Below are positions 1 to 10,405 of a stretch of 45,014 nt of DNA, piece by piece. The DNA is from Polyangiaceae bacterium. GTDB taxonomy: Bacteria; Myxococcota_A; Polyangia; Polyangiales; Polyangiaceae. The stretch is taken from positions 1 to 45,014 of the forward strand of contig JANRKO010000057.1 in NCBI GenBank assembly GCA_033763455.1. Direction: 5' to 3'. The notes under the pieces were generated by a model that saw only the letters and a program-made list of their open reading frames with translations, did no database searches and was not told the DNA's origin. The position numbers and the translations under genes are program-made. Numbering within the stretch: the stretch's first letter is position 1; each line of letters starts with the position of its first letter.

Positions 1-156
1 CACCGCTCGCTTTTACTGCCGCTATTTGCCGTCGCAGCTCTGTTAGCTGTTTTTCTAATTTGTTCCTTTCTACGTCTTCCATCCCCAGATTGTCGTTGCT
101 CTCGCGTCGTTCGTCACGACGGGGCACGGCGAGGTGTTACGTCAATTCATTCCTAG
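1..156 (+). CDS. Possible 3' end of a membrane protein running in from the left edge
   Basis: Frame +1 is open from base 1 to TAG 154-156 and reads HRSLLLPLFAVAALLAVFLICSFLRLPSP..., with one hydrophobic helix. An alternative minus-strand start at 82 (MEDVERNKLEKQ...) cannot be excluded. Confidence 0.35.
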   Translation, partial: HRSLLLPLFAVAALLAVFLICSFLRLPSPDCRCSRVVRHDGARRGVTSIHS

Positions 157-181
157 GGCTAGGCTGAGCGGGGTATGCGAC

Positions 182-1135
182 TTAGAGCTCGCGAGGCTTT
201 CTTTGGCTCTTGGAGCGCTCTCTCGCTTCGAGGTCTTCCAGCAACCTTCGGTTAACGGAAAGTAGATCTGCGATGAACCCCATCATGCCGATCTGCACAC
301 TCATCATGAGGAGCACGGATGCCAAGATGAGCGATTGAACGCGACCAGCTCCGTCGTTCTGAAAGTAGTAATACAGAAAGCGAATGCCCACCCCCAGGCC
401 TGAGAGGAAGAAGAGCAAGCCTACGATCGCGAAAAACCGAAAGGGACGGTAGACGACAATGATTCGAAAGACCGTGACGATGGACTTTCGGATGTACGCC
501 GGGATACTGCGCACAAGCCGAGATGGCCTCAAATCCCCATTCACACGCACGGGCACCGATAGGATCTGAAGGTTCTTCTGACCCGCCTGAATGATGGTTT
601 CCAGGGTATAGGTGTAGTTGTTGAACACATTGAGTGTGCATGCGGCTTGGCGTGATATCGCGCGGAAACCGCTCGGTGCATCAACTACGTCTGTATTGCT
701 CATGGTCCGAACAAACCAGGAGCCAAGCTTTTGCAGTAGCTTTTTTGTCAATGAAAAGTGTTCAATCGCGCTTATAGGTCGCGCGCCAATCACGATGTCC
801 GCGCGGCCTTCCATCACGGGTTGGACCAACGCGGCAATGTCGTCGGCACAGTACTGATTGTCGGCATCGGTGTTGACAATGATATCTGCGCCGAGGGCGA
901 CGGCACTGCGCAGGCCTAGCATGAACGCTTTGGCCAAGCCTTGATTACGAGTGAAGCCAACCACGTGGTGCACGCCGTTGTTCTTCGCGACGGCAACCGT
1001 GTCGTCGGTACTGCCGTCGTTGATGACCAACACCTCTATCGTGTCGATCCCTTCGATCCGTTTAGGGAGCGCCGCCAAGGTGATGGCCAGCGTCGCTGCT
1101 TCATTGAAACATGGGATTTGAATGATGAGTTTCAT
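182..1135 (-). CDS. GT2 family glycosyltransferase (polyprenol-phosphate glycosyltransferase, DPM1/ArnC-like)
   Basis: IIQIPCFNE, VINDGSTD and NTDADNQY (DxD) motifs, DAPSGFRA, and two C-terminal TM helices. Confidence 0.92.
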   Translation of the reverse strand: MKLIIQIPCFNEAATLAITLAALPKRIEGIDTIEVLVINDGSTDDTVAVAKNNGVHHVVGFTRNQGLAKAFMLGLRSAVALGADIIVNTDADNQYCADDIAALVQPVMEGRADIVIGARPISAIEHFSLTKKLLQKLGSWFVRTMSNTDVVDAPSGFRAISRQAACTLNVFNNYTYTLETIIQAGQKNLQILSVPVRVNGDLRPSRLVRSIPAYIRKSIVTVFRIIVVYRPFRFFAIVGLLFFLSGLGVGIRFLYYYFQNDGAGRVQSLILASVLLMMSVQIGMMGFIADLLSVNRRLLEDLEARERSKSQRKPREL

Positions 1136-1185
1136 GAGAGGCCTTCTTGGATGCTACCGCTGTACCGACGCTTGGCACCGGGGTG

Positions 1186-3018
1186 CTAGGAGCCTTCCGG
1201 CGGAGAAGCCCAGGCTTTGGCCAGCCGCTCCACGCTGACGAGCTGGAAGCGGCTATAGGTAAACAGCACGGCCTCCTCGGGTACTTGCAGAAAGACCAGA
1301 GACTGGTAGGAGATGCCGGACAAGGTACGGTTCGTAAAGGTGTTGAATGGCTCAAATGTCCGAGCTTTGCTGACGAAATCCGTACCATAGCGGTTTCGAT
1401 TGATCAGAAAGTGGGTTACCTGGTTTCGCTTGGCGTAGTCGAGTACGGTGCTGCGTTCGGTGGCGTAGAGGGCCAAGAAGGTGTCTTCGGTCCGAGCTTT
1501 CTGACGTGCCCACGAGCCCTTCAGCCAAGGTTGCAGCGTCTCGAATCCCCCCATGGTGGCCCTGGCCGCCCAAAGGGGGATGTCGTCCGAATCTAACGGG
1601 TGCCCCGCTATGCGCGCATTAAGTGGCAGGCCTGCGACAAAATCGTTCAAGGGACGGTTTACGGAGCGATTTAGATTGGTGCCCGACAGCTGGGGCGCGT
1701 ACCCGGTGCCTAAGAATAGCCACATGCCTCCCATAGCGGCCGCGCCCACGAAATTGCGTAAAGGGTAGCGTATTCGATCGCGAAAGCGTTCGCCGAACGT
1801 GGCCAGCACATCGACCACGAGCATGAGGCCAACTGCGTGTATCCCGAAGGAATAGAACCGCTCAGGCGAATATAGACGAAACGCCCAGTAGCAGGCGACG
1901 AAATACATGACAGCACACCCGCAACAAAATGAAACGGTTGGCATTGGCCGAGCGCTCAGACCCATCACGGAAAGCGCTCCGAGGCCGGCGATGAGCACGA
2001 AGGCAAATCGGGGAAGGTGCTCATCGAATGGACGGGGCTCCTCCCCGAGTGGCCGTTTGCCTTGCGGCATGAACGTGGCAGCAAACTCCCAGCCAAAGAC
2101 GTGCCGAGGCTCATCAAAAGGGAGGATCCATAGGCGGCCAGACTTGCCAAATGCGGGCTCCTGTTTCGCATCTTCTAGTGAATAGAGTGGACCGTCTTTC
2201 GCCGGACCGCCCAAAAGAGAGGGTGAAACCGCAAGTATGGCCATTAGCACCGTGACGGCGTAGTGCTTGAGGCCTGAAACGACGTGAGCCCTGCTTTGCC
2301 CAAAGCGATTGGCCATCACGAAAATTCCCTCGGCAGGGAGTATCATGGCCAACGCCGTCGGATAGGTGAGTGCAGCAAGCAGGGCGGCTAGGCGACGAAC
2401 GCCGCCTTTGGCAGAGAGCGCGCCCGAAAACCACAGGGCAAAACATGGGAAGGCGAAGGCCCTCGGCAGCCCTCCGGCGATCCGGTTCATGACCCACCAA
2501 TCGCGGAAGAATAGAAAGAGGAGCAGTGAGGCTCCCAAGAGCCCGAGGCGTTTGGCTCGGAAAAGGACGCCTGCAGCGCCAACAATAATCAACAAACACA
2601 CTAGCTGCACCAGCTTCGTCGCCACAAAAACGTTCGTGGCTTTCACGAACACGAAGTACAGCCCACGCACAAACGGCGGCTGATAGGTGAGCATTTCGTT
2701 GGAAATCGGATCGTCCTTCAGCGCTCCACCGGGTTCCCACCGGTGATACTGAAAGATGGCGGACCGGGCGTCGTCTTGCTGCAAATCAGGGTTCGTAAGT
2801 GTTTCCCAGTGACCCTTGAGCCACCCGTGCAGAAAGATGGCTAAGACTAACCAAACGCAAAGTGTGCTTAGCCAATGCACTGCCGTGCGTGGCAAGTGTG
2901 CTCTCAGCCTGCGGGCTACCACGGATGGACTGATGAACGTCAGGAGGGCGCGAGCGGGAAGCACGCCGAACGATAGCCGGCGCGTGCGGCATGCGAAACC
3001 CATTTGAGAGGACTGCAC
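1186..3018 (-). CDS. Polytopic membrane protein, probable GT-C-fold glycosyltransferase
   Basis: Many hydrophobic helices, acidic QQDDAR motif after the first TM, soluble C-terminal domain ending in a VTHFLI-type motif. Lies next to GT2 genes. Start codon uncertain. Confidence 0.65.
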   Translation of the reverse strand: MQSSQMGFACRTRRLSFGVLPARALLTFISPSVVARRLRAHLPRTAVHWLSTLCVWLVLAIFLHGWLKGHWETLTNPDLQQDDARSAIFQYHRWEPGGALKDDPISNEMLTYQPPFVRGLYFVFVKATNVFVATKLVQLVCLLIIVGAAGVLFRAKRLGLLGASLLLFLFFRDWWVMNRIAGGLPRAFAFPCFALWFSGALSAKGGVRRLAALLAALTYPTALAMILPAEGIFVMANRFGQSRAHVVSGLKHYAVTVLMAILAVSPSLLGGPAKDGPLYSLEDAKQEPAFGKSGRLWILPFDEPRHVFGWEFAATFMPQGKRPLGEEPRPFDEHLPRFAFVLIAGLGALSVMGLSARPMPTVSFCCGCAVMYFVACYWAFRLYSPERFYSFGIHAVGLMLVVDVLATFGERFRDRIRYPLRNFVGAAAMGGMWLFLGTGYAPQLSGTNLNRSVNRPLNDFVAGLPLNARIAGHPLDSDDIPLWAARATMGGFETLQPWLKGSWARQKARTEDTFLALYATERSTVLDYAKRNQVTHFLINRNRYGTDFVSKARTFEPFNTFTNRTLSGISYQSLVFLQVPEEAVLFTYSRFQLVSVERLAKAWASPPEGS

Positions 3019-3218
3019 GTACCACGCTGCGTGAAGCTAAGGGAACGCTATTTGCCTTGACAGTGGAATCATCCGGGCGGTAACCGGCATATAGACCATG
3101 CCGACTACCTCAGCCTCGATCGCTGGTGATATCTCGCCGGAGCCGCCCGGTTGGTTGGCTGTTGGTAACGTATTCTGGGTCGGCGAGGGTTTGTGCGGTG
3201 AGCGTTAGAGACTACTAA

Positions 3219-4769
3219 ATGCGAGTTGAACGTACCTCGTCCTTAGTGTCCCGAGTCACGGACGGTGCCATTATTGTCATCTTGGCGGCGTTTACTCTAG
3301 CCGTGCGCTACCTAACGCTTGAGGAGGTTGAGGGCGGTGGGGATGCGCTTGCGAGTTGGTACTTTGTCCGGCAGTGGATTCACGGCGTCGACTTTGCGAC
3401 GTTGACTTGGGACCATCATACGGCCAGGTTCGGAATCAATATCCCCGTGTACGTTGTTCAGCGATTGTTGGGGTCTCATGCCACGACCTACTATGTGGCT
3501 CCCGTTACTGCATGTGTGGTTGCAGTTGTCTTTACATACAAGATCGCTCGTGACTTGTCGGGGCCGTACGCTGGTGTACTAGCTGGGTTGAGTCTTGCCG
3601 TCTTTCCACCTATGGAGAGAGCGGGCAGTCAATTGCTACCGGGCGTGTTTGCCGCGGCCTACGTTTCGTTCGCTTCCTACGCGGTGCTTCGCTATTGGCG
3701 CTCCAACCATCACGGGATGCGCTGGATTTTGGCGGGTGCCGTGGCGATGTTTCTCGCCTATCTCAGCCATGAGCCTACGGTATTTTTTCTTCCGGGGCTG
3801 GCTTACGGTATCTGGCTCTACCGTCGCAGCTGGCGGGCAGGGCTGGCATTCGGCGGTGCTCTTGCTGCACTGCTCCTTTTGGAGAAGCTCTGGTATATTG
3901 CGTTCACGCAGTATGCTTCGCGTATTGCCGTCACGTTGAGCCAACATGGGCCCGGCTTGGTTTCGGGCCTAAGCAGCAGCGGGCAATCGGACGTCTGGAC
4001 GCTTTTTGATCGCTTCGACCGCTCGCTGGAAACCTCGTGGAAGCTGGCTCTTTTTGGCTTCATGACCGCGGGGCCTGCGCTACTGGCGCTCGGTCCACGT
4101 CGCGCGCGTGGGCCAACCCTAGGAGCCATGGGGTTTCTGGTGGGCGTAACATTTGCCGTTAACAGCCTCGATCCACTTACGGCGTGGCTGAGCTTCCAGT
4201 CGCGCTACTGGGTTCCCGTAGCCCCGCTTGCGATGGCTGCGAACTCGGTGGTTATAGTCGCCGGCGCGCGCGAATTCCTTCGGGGTTTCGAGCGCTATAG
4301 GGTGGGAGGCAATGGACTGCCATTGCTTTTTACTCTGCTTTGTACCCTTAGCCTGGGCTGGGTCTATGCTTACGGTTTGAAGGGCCGTCTACCCAGCGAG
4401 TCGGGATGGGTAGGCACGCGTCGAAAGGCAGAAAGCTTCGCAGAGACGTTTCAGCGAGGCCTACCCTTCACAGGTGCGAACGAGGCCGGTTTGAAAGCTG
4501 TTCGTCTGGCCGTTGGCGTGTATTTGCCGGATCAGCTGTTAGCCCACGAGGGTAAATTGCCTCGACTTGAGGATGTCATACACGTGGTCGACGGGCACTT
4601 GCACTGGTTTGCCAAAGATACCCCAGAAGGTGCCTTTCAGACGCGCGCCATCTTGGATCAAAACCAACAGTGCCAATATCGAATGGCAATCAAGGGGCGA
4701 TTTCTTGCCATTTCGCCGGGGCTCTCGCTCCCAAGTGACTGTACGAAAGCCAGTTTCGAAGTCAGGTAG
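3219..4769 (+). CDS. GT-C / ArnT-PMT-like membrane glycosyltransferase
   Basis: First TM followed by EGGGDAL, then 'YKIARDLSGPYAGVLAGLSLAVFP' and 'AYLSHEP' (ArnT-like), with about 10 TM segments. Confidence 0.75.
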   Translation: MRVERTSSLVSRVTDGAIIVILAAFTLAVRYLTLEEVEGGGDALASWYFVRQWIHGVDFATLTWDHHTARFGINIPVYVVQRLLGSHATTYYVAPVTACVVAVVFTYKIARDLSGPYAGVLAGLSLAVFPPMERAGSQLLPGVFAAAYVSFASYAVLRYWRSNHHGMRWILAGAVAMFLAYLSHEPTVFFLPGLAYGIWLYRRSWRAGLAFGGALAALLLLEKLWYIAFTQYASRIAVTLSQHGPGLVSGLSSSGQSDVWTLFDRFDRSLETSWKLALFGFMTAGPALLALGPRRARGPTLGAMGFLVGVTFAVNSLDPLTAWLSFQSRYWVPVAPLAMAANSVVIVAGAREFLRGFERYRVGGNGLPLLFTLLCTLSLGWVYAYGLKGRLPSESGWVGTRRKAESFAETFQRGLPFTGANEAGLKAVRLAVGVYLPDQLLAHEGKLPRLEDVIHVVDGHLHWFAKDTPEGAFQTRAILDQNQQCQYRMAIKGRFLAISPGLSLPSDCTKASFEVR

Positions 4770-4808
4770 CCCAAGGCAGCCAAGCAAGCGCTGCCTGCCC
4801 GGGAAGTA

Positions 4809-6494
4809 TCACTCTGCTTTTCCGCGCATGCAGTGGACAACAAGCGGCAGCTTATTGTTTTCCTCGTGGACCGTGCTCTTGGTGCACAAGGCGGGAAACT
4901 CGGAGCGCGCGGCTTCAAGTTCGCTCGCTCGACCAATTACGATCACTGCCGGACCCTGCCTCTGCCTCCGAAGGCTCGACGCAATGTCGGATACGTGATA
5001 CCCGCGCATCAAGCGGTACCTATCCTGAAGCAGCGAACCGTAGGTTTTGGAATAGTGGATGTGGTATCGCGTGTACGCGTCGATATTCGAGCAGCTGTAG
5101 GAGTCACAGTACAGCGGGATGCGACCGGACTGACCGTCGCTGAGCTTTGTCAAGAGGGCGAGAGCCTTGGGTGTCTCGAGGCTTGGCCAAGCCTTTTCTC
5201 TCCGACCATGAGCTGCCACAACGGTACTTGGGAGGATTAAGGCAAGGGCTAGTACACCTCCAGCCCAGCGCACCGCGCGGTGGCGCTGATTCACCCATGC
5301 GTCCAAGCCAAGGACGGCCAGGATTACGAAGTAGCCGAGCATGAAGACGTTCGTTCTAAACAGGCCAAAGGGCCATTTGCCGACGATATTGAAAACCAGT
5401 GCGGTCAAGGTTGGCGTGACAAGAAGGCACAACACGAGCCACCGCTTTCGGTGCACAAGCAGCCAAATTCCTTGGAAGTGGAGGAGGAGCCACACGATTG
5501 AAAACGTTGCCAGAAGCTCGCGCGAAACGGCGGCGGGCAAATGCAGTGACTCCCAACTCCATTCGCTTACCAACGATGGCGCAGACGTTAAGCTTAGGTA
5601 CTTCTGCACATACCAATCCACACGTGATGGCTCGGCGGCGCTCGACTTCTCAAAGAACACGCCGTACTTTGCGGCCCAGTAGGGGGACTCGTCGTAATTG
5701 GCAACGGCTGCTAGCGCCGTTGCACGAATCCACAGGATAAGCGCCGTACAAGTGCAGAGGGCCGTGCTGAGAATCACGGTTCTGTGGTTCCCTGCGCTTT
5801 GACTGCTCGGGCGCCGAAGAAATGTAAGCGTCATCGAGAGAAAGAAGGCAGGGTACAAGAACACAATATTGTACCCTAGGAGAAAGGCCGCCGAGGCAAA
5901 GGCAAAGATGAGACTCAACTGCAACAAGGAACTCGCTCTCCGAAGCTCCCTGAGACAAAACCAGACACACACAAGGTGATTAAGTAGCTCAACCGCATAG
6001 GGCTTAAACTCTACGCCGTAGTCTATGAACCACGGATGGATTGCAGCGAGAAGTAAGCCCACGAGTTGAACCCAGGTTGAGCGGATGAGTTCCCTCAGAA
6101 TTAACCAGAAGATAGGCAACGTGAGGCATGAAGCTAGGAATGGGAGTAGGCGTAGTGAAAGCTCGCTGTACCCCAGGGTGTTTACAACCTTCAGCGAGAG
6201 CCACATGAACCCGAGCGGTCTTACGTAAAGTGACTGAAGGGGCTCATTGAGCAGCCGTTCCGCCCAGCTCGTTTCATCGAGCCACAGCGTGGGTGCCGAA
6301 AGATAGAGGCTACCTCGGAGCCAAAAACCAAAGGCAAAGATCAACACGGCCCCCCACAAGTGAGCTCGCCGCAGAACCAACTTGCCAAAGCGTAGAAGGC
6401 GAAGCCGCCACTCTCGCCCGTCCAACTGCCCATTTTTCGAGCTGGCTGATACGCCCTCTCGGTCTTCGCTCACTCGGGCCCCATGATCACTCAT
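4809..6494 (-). CDS. GT-C / PMT-family membrane glycosyltransferase
   Basis: LWLDE motif, 'SELSLRLLPFLAS' and 'YGVEFKPYA'. Start placed at ATG 6494, which overlaps the upstream TGA (ATGA). Confidence 0.82.
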   Translation of the reverse strand: MSDHGARVSEDREGVSASSKNGQLDGREWRLRLLRFGKLVLRRAHLWGAVLIFAFGFWLRGSLYLSAPTLWLDETSWAERLLNEPLQSLYVRPLGFMWLSLKVVNTLGYSELSLRLLPFLASCLTLPIFWLILRELIRSTWVQLVGLLLAAIHPWFIDYGVEFKPYAVELLNHLVCVWFCLRELRRASSLLQLSLIFAFASAAFLLGYNIVFLYPAFFLSMTLTFLRRPSSQSAGNHRTVILSTALCTCTALILWIRATALAAVANYDESPYWAAKYGVFFEKSSAAEPSRVDWYVQKYLSLTSAPSLVSEWSWESLHLPAAVSRELLATFSIVWLLLHFQGIWLLVHRKRWLVLCLLVTPTLTALVFNIVGKWPFGLFRTNVFMLGYFVILAVLGLDAWVNQRHRAVRWAGGVLALALILPSTVVAAHGRREKAWPSLETPKALALLTKLSDGQSGRIPLYCDSYSCSNIDAYTRYHIHYSKTYGSLLQDRYRLMRGYHVSDIASSLRRQRQGPAVIVIGRASELEAARSEFPALCTKSTVHEENNKLPLVVHCMRGKAE

Positions 6495-7465
6495 GCCTCG
6501 GGTCCCCGCCGCAACATCAGCCTGGCTGCTCCCCACACTAGTACTTCAGCGAGAAGCGAGCTTGCGCGTGAGAGTATAGACAGCACCAGCGCGGCACTCG
6601 CCCCTAGCGTTGGAGTTAACCCGAGGGCGAGAACTGCTTCACGCATGCCGAGCCCGCCTGGAGTTACCAGCACGATAAATCCTGCAACCGTGGCAAGCGG
6701 AAAGAGCCCCGAGGCTTGTATAGCGATATTTACGTCCGCGCCGAGTGCCCGGGCGAGCAGTGCTCCGTGCCCCGCCCAAGATAGCCAGTACAGAAATTGG
6801 TACACGGGCGCCTGTGGGGCAATGAGCGCCAACCTGGGATCACCGTTCAAAAGCCGCTGTGCGGCTTTGGGATAACGCTGAGCTGGCAAAAGCAGCAACG
6901 CCAGGAGCAACACAAGGCTACATCCAAAGGCCAAGGGGGTGCCCCAGGTATGGAGCACGGAGAGGCGCTCCAGTGTGCCCGCGCCCCAACTCAACCCAAA
7001 CCCCACCGCCCCGCCCACGGCTAACCAACTTAGCATTTCTAGCGCGATCGAGGCTCCAACCAGCGGCCCCGTGGTTTCAATGGCCGACGCCCCCGCCATG
7101 CGCACTACTGGGAGCCCAAGCTTTCCCGCGTAGCGAGCCAACTGGGAATCGAAGTAGAGGGCCAGGGCTTTGCCGCGTGGGACACGATGCCCAGCGAGCC
7201 GTTCGATAACAAACAGCCATGCGCGCCCTTGTAGGAACGTGGCTAGCACAAGCGGCAGGAGGCTGAGCGAGAGGAACCAGAGATTCAGGTTTACGTTCGG
7301 CGACTCTTGCCACCGAATGGCCAGCTGCCATGCCGTATAGCTCACGAACAAAAGTGCCACGAGCATGAGCACCGGCCGTAGCTTTCGCTTGAACGCAGCG
7401 GTCGGTGCCGCCACGGCGTGGCCGGGCGCGGCGGCGTGTGCACTGGGATCGGAGGGCGTATCCAT
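6491..7465 (-). CDS. Lysylphosphatidylglycerol synthase TM-region / AglD-like flippase-family membrane protein
   Basis: About 8 TM helices, 'SQLARY' and the family motif 'TPGGLGMREA'. Confidence 0.8.
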   Translation of the reverse strand: MDTPSDPSAHAAAPGHAVAAPTAAFKRKLRPVLMLVALLFVSYTAWQLAIRWQESPNVNLNLWFLSLSLLPLVLATFLQGRAWLFVIERLAGHRVPRGKALALYFDSQLARYAGKLGLPVVRMAGASAIETTGPLVGASIALEMLSWLAVGGAVGFGLSWGAGTLERLSVLHTWGTPLAFGCSLVLLLALLLLPAQRYPKAAQRLLNGDPRLALIAPQAPVYQFLYWLSWAGHGALLARALGADVNIAIQASGLFPLATVAGFIVLVTPGGLGMREAVLALGLTPTLGASAALVLSILSRASSLLAEVLVWGAARLMLRRGPEA

Positions 7466-7486
7466 TGGCCAGGCGAATTCTCGCCC

Positions 7487-8446
7487 TTAGGTTTGGGGCT
7501 TCTTACTGATTCCCCAAGTATTGGCGATAGGGTACGCGTACTTCGCCTGGGACTCGAAGTAGGTTCTCATCATGATCTCGGCAAGCAGCCCAAGCCCGAT
7601 GAGTTGGCTGGCCATGAGCACACACATTACCGAGATCATGAATAACGGATTCCGATGCACCCACGTGGCGTACGCGAACTTTTGATAAAGCACGATGCCA
7701 GCCAAAAGTGCTCCCCCTCCGAGGAGCCCCACGCCCGCGCCTCCAAAAACGTAAATGGGCTTGGTCTGAAAGCTGCGGAAGAACCAAACTGTAAGCAAAT
7801 CAAGCATTACCTTGATGGTACGCCCTAGGCCATACTTCGAAGTGCCGGCGTGCCGCGGCCTGTGGTTCACGACCATTTCGGCCACACTTGCACCCTGGCT
7901 CTCGGCGAGCACAGTGAGGAAGCGATGCATCTCGCCGTACAAGCGCAATTCGTTTGCAATCTCACGGCGGTAGACTTTGAGCGAACAACCTAGATCGTGC
8001 ACCTTGGTCTTGGTGACAGCGCGGATACAGGCATTGGCAATCTTAGATGGGATCTTGCGCAAGAACATGCCGTCTTTGCGGTTCTTGCGCCAACCGCTCA
8101 CGACATCAAATCCGCTCTCCAGTTTCTCAATGAGGTGCGGAATATCGCTCGGATCATTTTGCAGATCCGCGTCCATCGTTGCCACGATATTACCTTCAGC
8201 AAAGCGAAACCCCGCGTCGAAGGCTGCGGCTTGCCCACAGTTGCGCCGAAAGACCACCACCTTGAGGAAGGGCTTCTCTTGGTGCAGCTGTTCTAGGAGT
8301 TCACGGCTGCCGTCCGTGCTCCCATCGTCCACCGCAACAATCTCGAACGTCTTCTGGCCCGGCGTGAGCGCACTTTCGATCTCTTCCACCAAGCGCCGCA
8401 GATTTTCGCGTTCATTGTAGACGGGAATAACGACGCTGAGATCCAT
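7487..8446 (-). CDS. GT2 polyprenol-phosphate glycosyltransferase (ArnC-like)
   Basis: SVVIPVYNE, VDDGSTDGS, MDADLQNDP, HDLGCSLKVYR, HRPRHAGTSKYG and two C-terminal TMs. Confidence 0.93.
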   Translation of the reverse strand: MDLSVVIPVYNERENLRRLVEEIESALTPGQKTFEIVAVDDGSTDGSRELLEQLHQEKPFLKVVVFRRNCGQAAAFDAGFRFAEGNIVATMDADLQNDPSDIPHLIEKLESGFDVVSGWRKNRKDGMFLRKIPSKIANACIRAVTKTKVHDLGCSLKVYRREIANELRLYGEMHRFLTVLAESQGASVAEMVVNHRPRHAGTSKYGLGRTIKVMLDLLTVWFFRSFQTKPIYVFGGAGVGLLGGGALLAGIVLYQKFAYATWVHRNPLFMISVMCVLMASQLIGLGLLAEIMMRTYFESQAKYAYPIANTWGISKKPQT

Positions 8447-8547
8447 GAAAGCCGCGGAATCTAGGCGCTTTTAGCAGTTCGGGTCAACCCTCTGTCCGGG
8501 TGCCTGCCTGGTTGGGGTTTTCTGAGAGATGAGTTATTCATGGGGCT

Positions 8548-9330
8548 ATGTCCGCCTTTGCACAGCCCAAGTCCCAGTCGACTCTGGGCAACGCCGCAGA
8601 AATCAATCACGCCGTTTACGAGCAGTTCTGGCAGGATTGCCCGGATTTTGTGCGATTCAATCCGGGGGCTCGGCATCGCCGACGGATCGTGCGGGAGTGG
8701 CTTGCTGGGTTGCCAGGCGGAACGCTGTGCGACGTCGGTTGCGGCAACGGCGAGCTCTTGGTGTCCCTGATTGGTGAGCTTGGTGGGGTATCGGAGTTTT
8801 TTGGGGTGGACCTGTCCCCGACCACGATCGTCAACAATCGCGAACGTTTACCGATGGTGGCGTTTGATGTATTGAATATTGAGGAGCAAGCACTTCCACG
8901 CGCGTTTGATATCATTGTGTGTTCGGAGGTGCTGGAACACCTCGACGATCGCGATCGAGCGTTTAAACATTTAGCATCCATGTTAACGCCAAACGGGCAT
9001 CTATTGGTGACCACACCCACCGGCAAGGTGCACGCTACGGAGCGACACTTTGGCCACACGGTCCACCCGACCTTGCCAGAACTGGAGTCACTCGGGGCGG
9101 CAAACGGTTTGAGGCGGGTTCGCGCCATCAATTGGGGGTTCCCACTTTACCGCGCCCTCAAGTGGGCAACCAACCTTGACAGTGAGCGTGCCCTTAAAGC
9201 GTTTGCATCTGGCCGCTACGGAGCCTTGCAGAAGAACATCTCCAACGCGCTGTTCTTCGCCAACTACGCCAATGCCCGAGACTCATCCCGGGGTTGCCAG
9301 CTTTTTGTCTTGTTCAGAAAGGCTGCCTAG
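8548..9330 (+). CDS. Class I SAM-dependent methyltransferase
   Basis: Motif I DVGCGNG, FDIIVCSEVLEHL and LTPNGHLLVTTP. Confidence 0.9.
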   Translation: MSAFAQPKSQSTLGNAAEINHAVYEQFWQDCPDFVRFNPGARHRRRIVREWLAGLPGGTLCDVGCGNGELLVSLIGELGGVSEFFGVDLSPTTIVNNRERLPMVAFDVLNIEEQALPRAFDIIVCSEVLEHLDDRDRAFKHLASMLTPNGHLLVTTPTGKVHATERHFGHTVHPTLPELESLGAANGLRRVRAINWGFPLYRALKWATNLDSERALKAFASGRYGALQKNISNALFFANYANARDSSRGCQLFVLFRKAA

Positions 9331-9348
9331 CTTGCTGGCCTGAAACGT

Positions 9349-10386
9349 TCAGCGCGCTTTGATCCATTCAAGATGCAGCCAGGTGGTGTCAAGGGTCTGT
9401 GCGCGGACGTAGCGGGCCTCCATCGGTGGGAAATCAAGGATCCACTCCTTAAAACTATCCGTTTTCCTCCCAACTTCGGACCATTTCTGTCCGTCTTGGC
9501 TGAGCGAGATGACAAGTGGTAATGCACGGTTACCGCCGTAATCTGTCCGGTTACGAACCTCGACGCGCCGAACCGTTGTTACTTTTCCGATGTCAAACCG
9601 CACCCACGGGTGCAGTTCCCTCTGAGTGTGGAAAAAGATCGCGGTGGCCTTCCCGTCACAAACTTGGCTGCTTACGTTGAGGCCGGGGTAGGTGCTGCTC
9701 GCCTGCCAGGCTTTGCCCTCAAGAAGATTGGGGGGAGTTAACAAGCGGTGAGCTAGGCTAAAGCCTCCCCACGTGGCGGCGAGGCTTGCCAGCACTAAGA
9801 CCGCGACGCGAAAGAAGCGCAAGCCACGCACCACATCCGCCTGGCGATACGCTGCCTCAACGTCGGTGACGAGCAACCCAAGGGCACGCTGGAGAATATC
9901 CGCATCGGCTTTACTCTGCGCCTGCCCGAGTGCCGTGTCCGGCAGAATATGGGCCGGGAAAAGCTCATCCAGACGGGCAACACTCGCCGCGTCGAGCTCA
10001 GCTCTTCGTACGATGTCTACCCTGCGAGCAGCCCAGGCGTCCGCTCTGCTCCCTCCCAAAGAATCAAGGGCTAAGGCCGCGGCCTGGTGAAATAGCACTA
10101 GTGCCGTGGTGTCCGAGGATTCTGAGGTGACGGTAGTGATGCGATCGCGGACACGTTCGCCCAAGTCAAACAAAGCTCGCGATTGCTCGACCAATAGGCG
10201 CTGTTTGGGGCTTAACTCCATCGCCTCCCGGCTAGCTGCGGCAAGGGCGCGGCCCTGCCAAAACCACTCCAAGATCCGAGAGAGGGCGCCGCCCCGGGCG
10301 GGCGCGTTAGGAGGGGTTCTTGCCTCCGAAGCGGTGGGCGCCTCTGGGAAGGTTGCCGGAGGTGCTACTTCGTCGTTCGATTCCAT
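9349..10386 (-). CDS. Membrane-anchored discoidin (F5/8 type C) domain protein
   Basis: Single TM (FFRVAVLVLASLAATWGG), then WQASS...FFHTQ..HPWVRFDIG...VEVRNR...SQDGQKW...ARYVR. Start taken at ATG 10386; the ORF track extends to 10422. Confidence 0.78.
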   Translation of the reverse strand: MESNDEVAPPATFPEAPTASEARTPPNAPARGGALSRILEWFWQGRALAAASREAMELSPKQRLLVEQSRALFDLGERVRDRITTVTSESSDTTALVLFHQAAALALDSLGGSRADAWAARRVDIVRRAELDAASVARLDELFPAHILPDTALGQAQSKADADILQRALGLLVTDVEAAYRQADVVRGLRFFRVAVLVLASLAATWGGFSLAHRLLTPPNLLEGKAWQASSTYPGLNVSSQVCDGKATAIFFHTQRELHPWVRFDIGKVTTVRRVEVRNRTDYGGNRALPLVISLSQDGQKWSEVGRKTDSFKEWILDFPPMEARYVRAQTLDTTWLHLEWIKAR

Positions 10387-10405
10387 GCTGATACCCGCCT
10401 TCGCC

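Noticed and set aside
1..82. Minus-strand start MEDVERNKLEKQLTELRRQIAAVKASG
   Set aside because: It competes with the plus-strand TM-containing reading and cannot be resolved without the adjacent sequence
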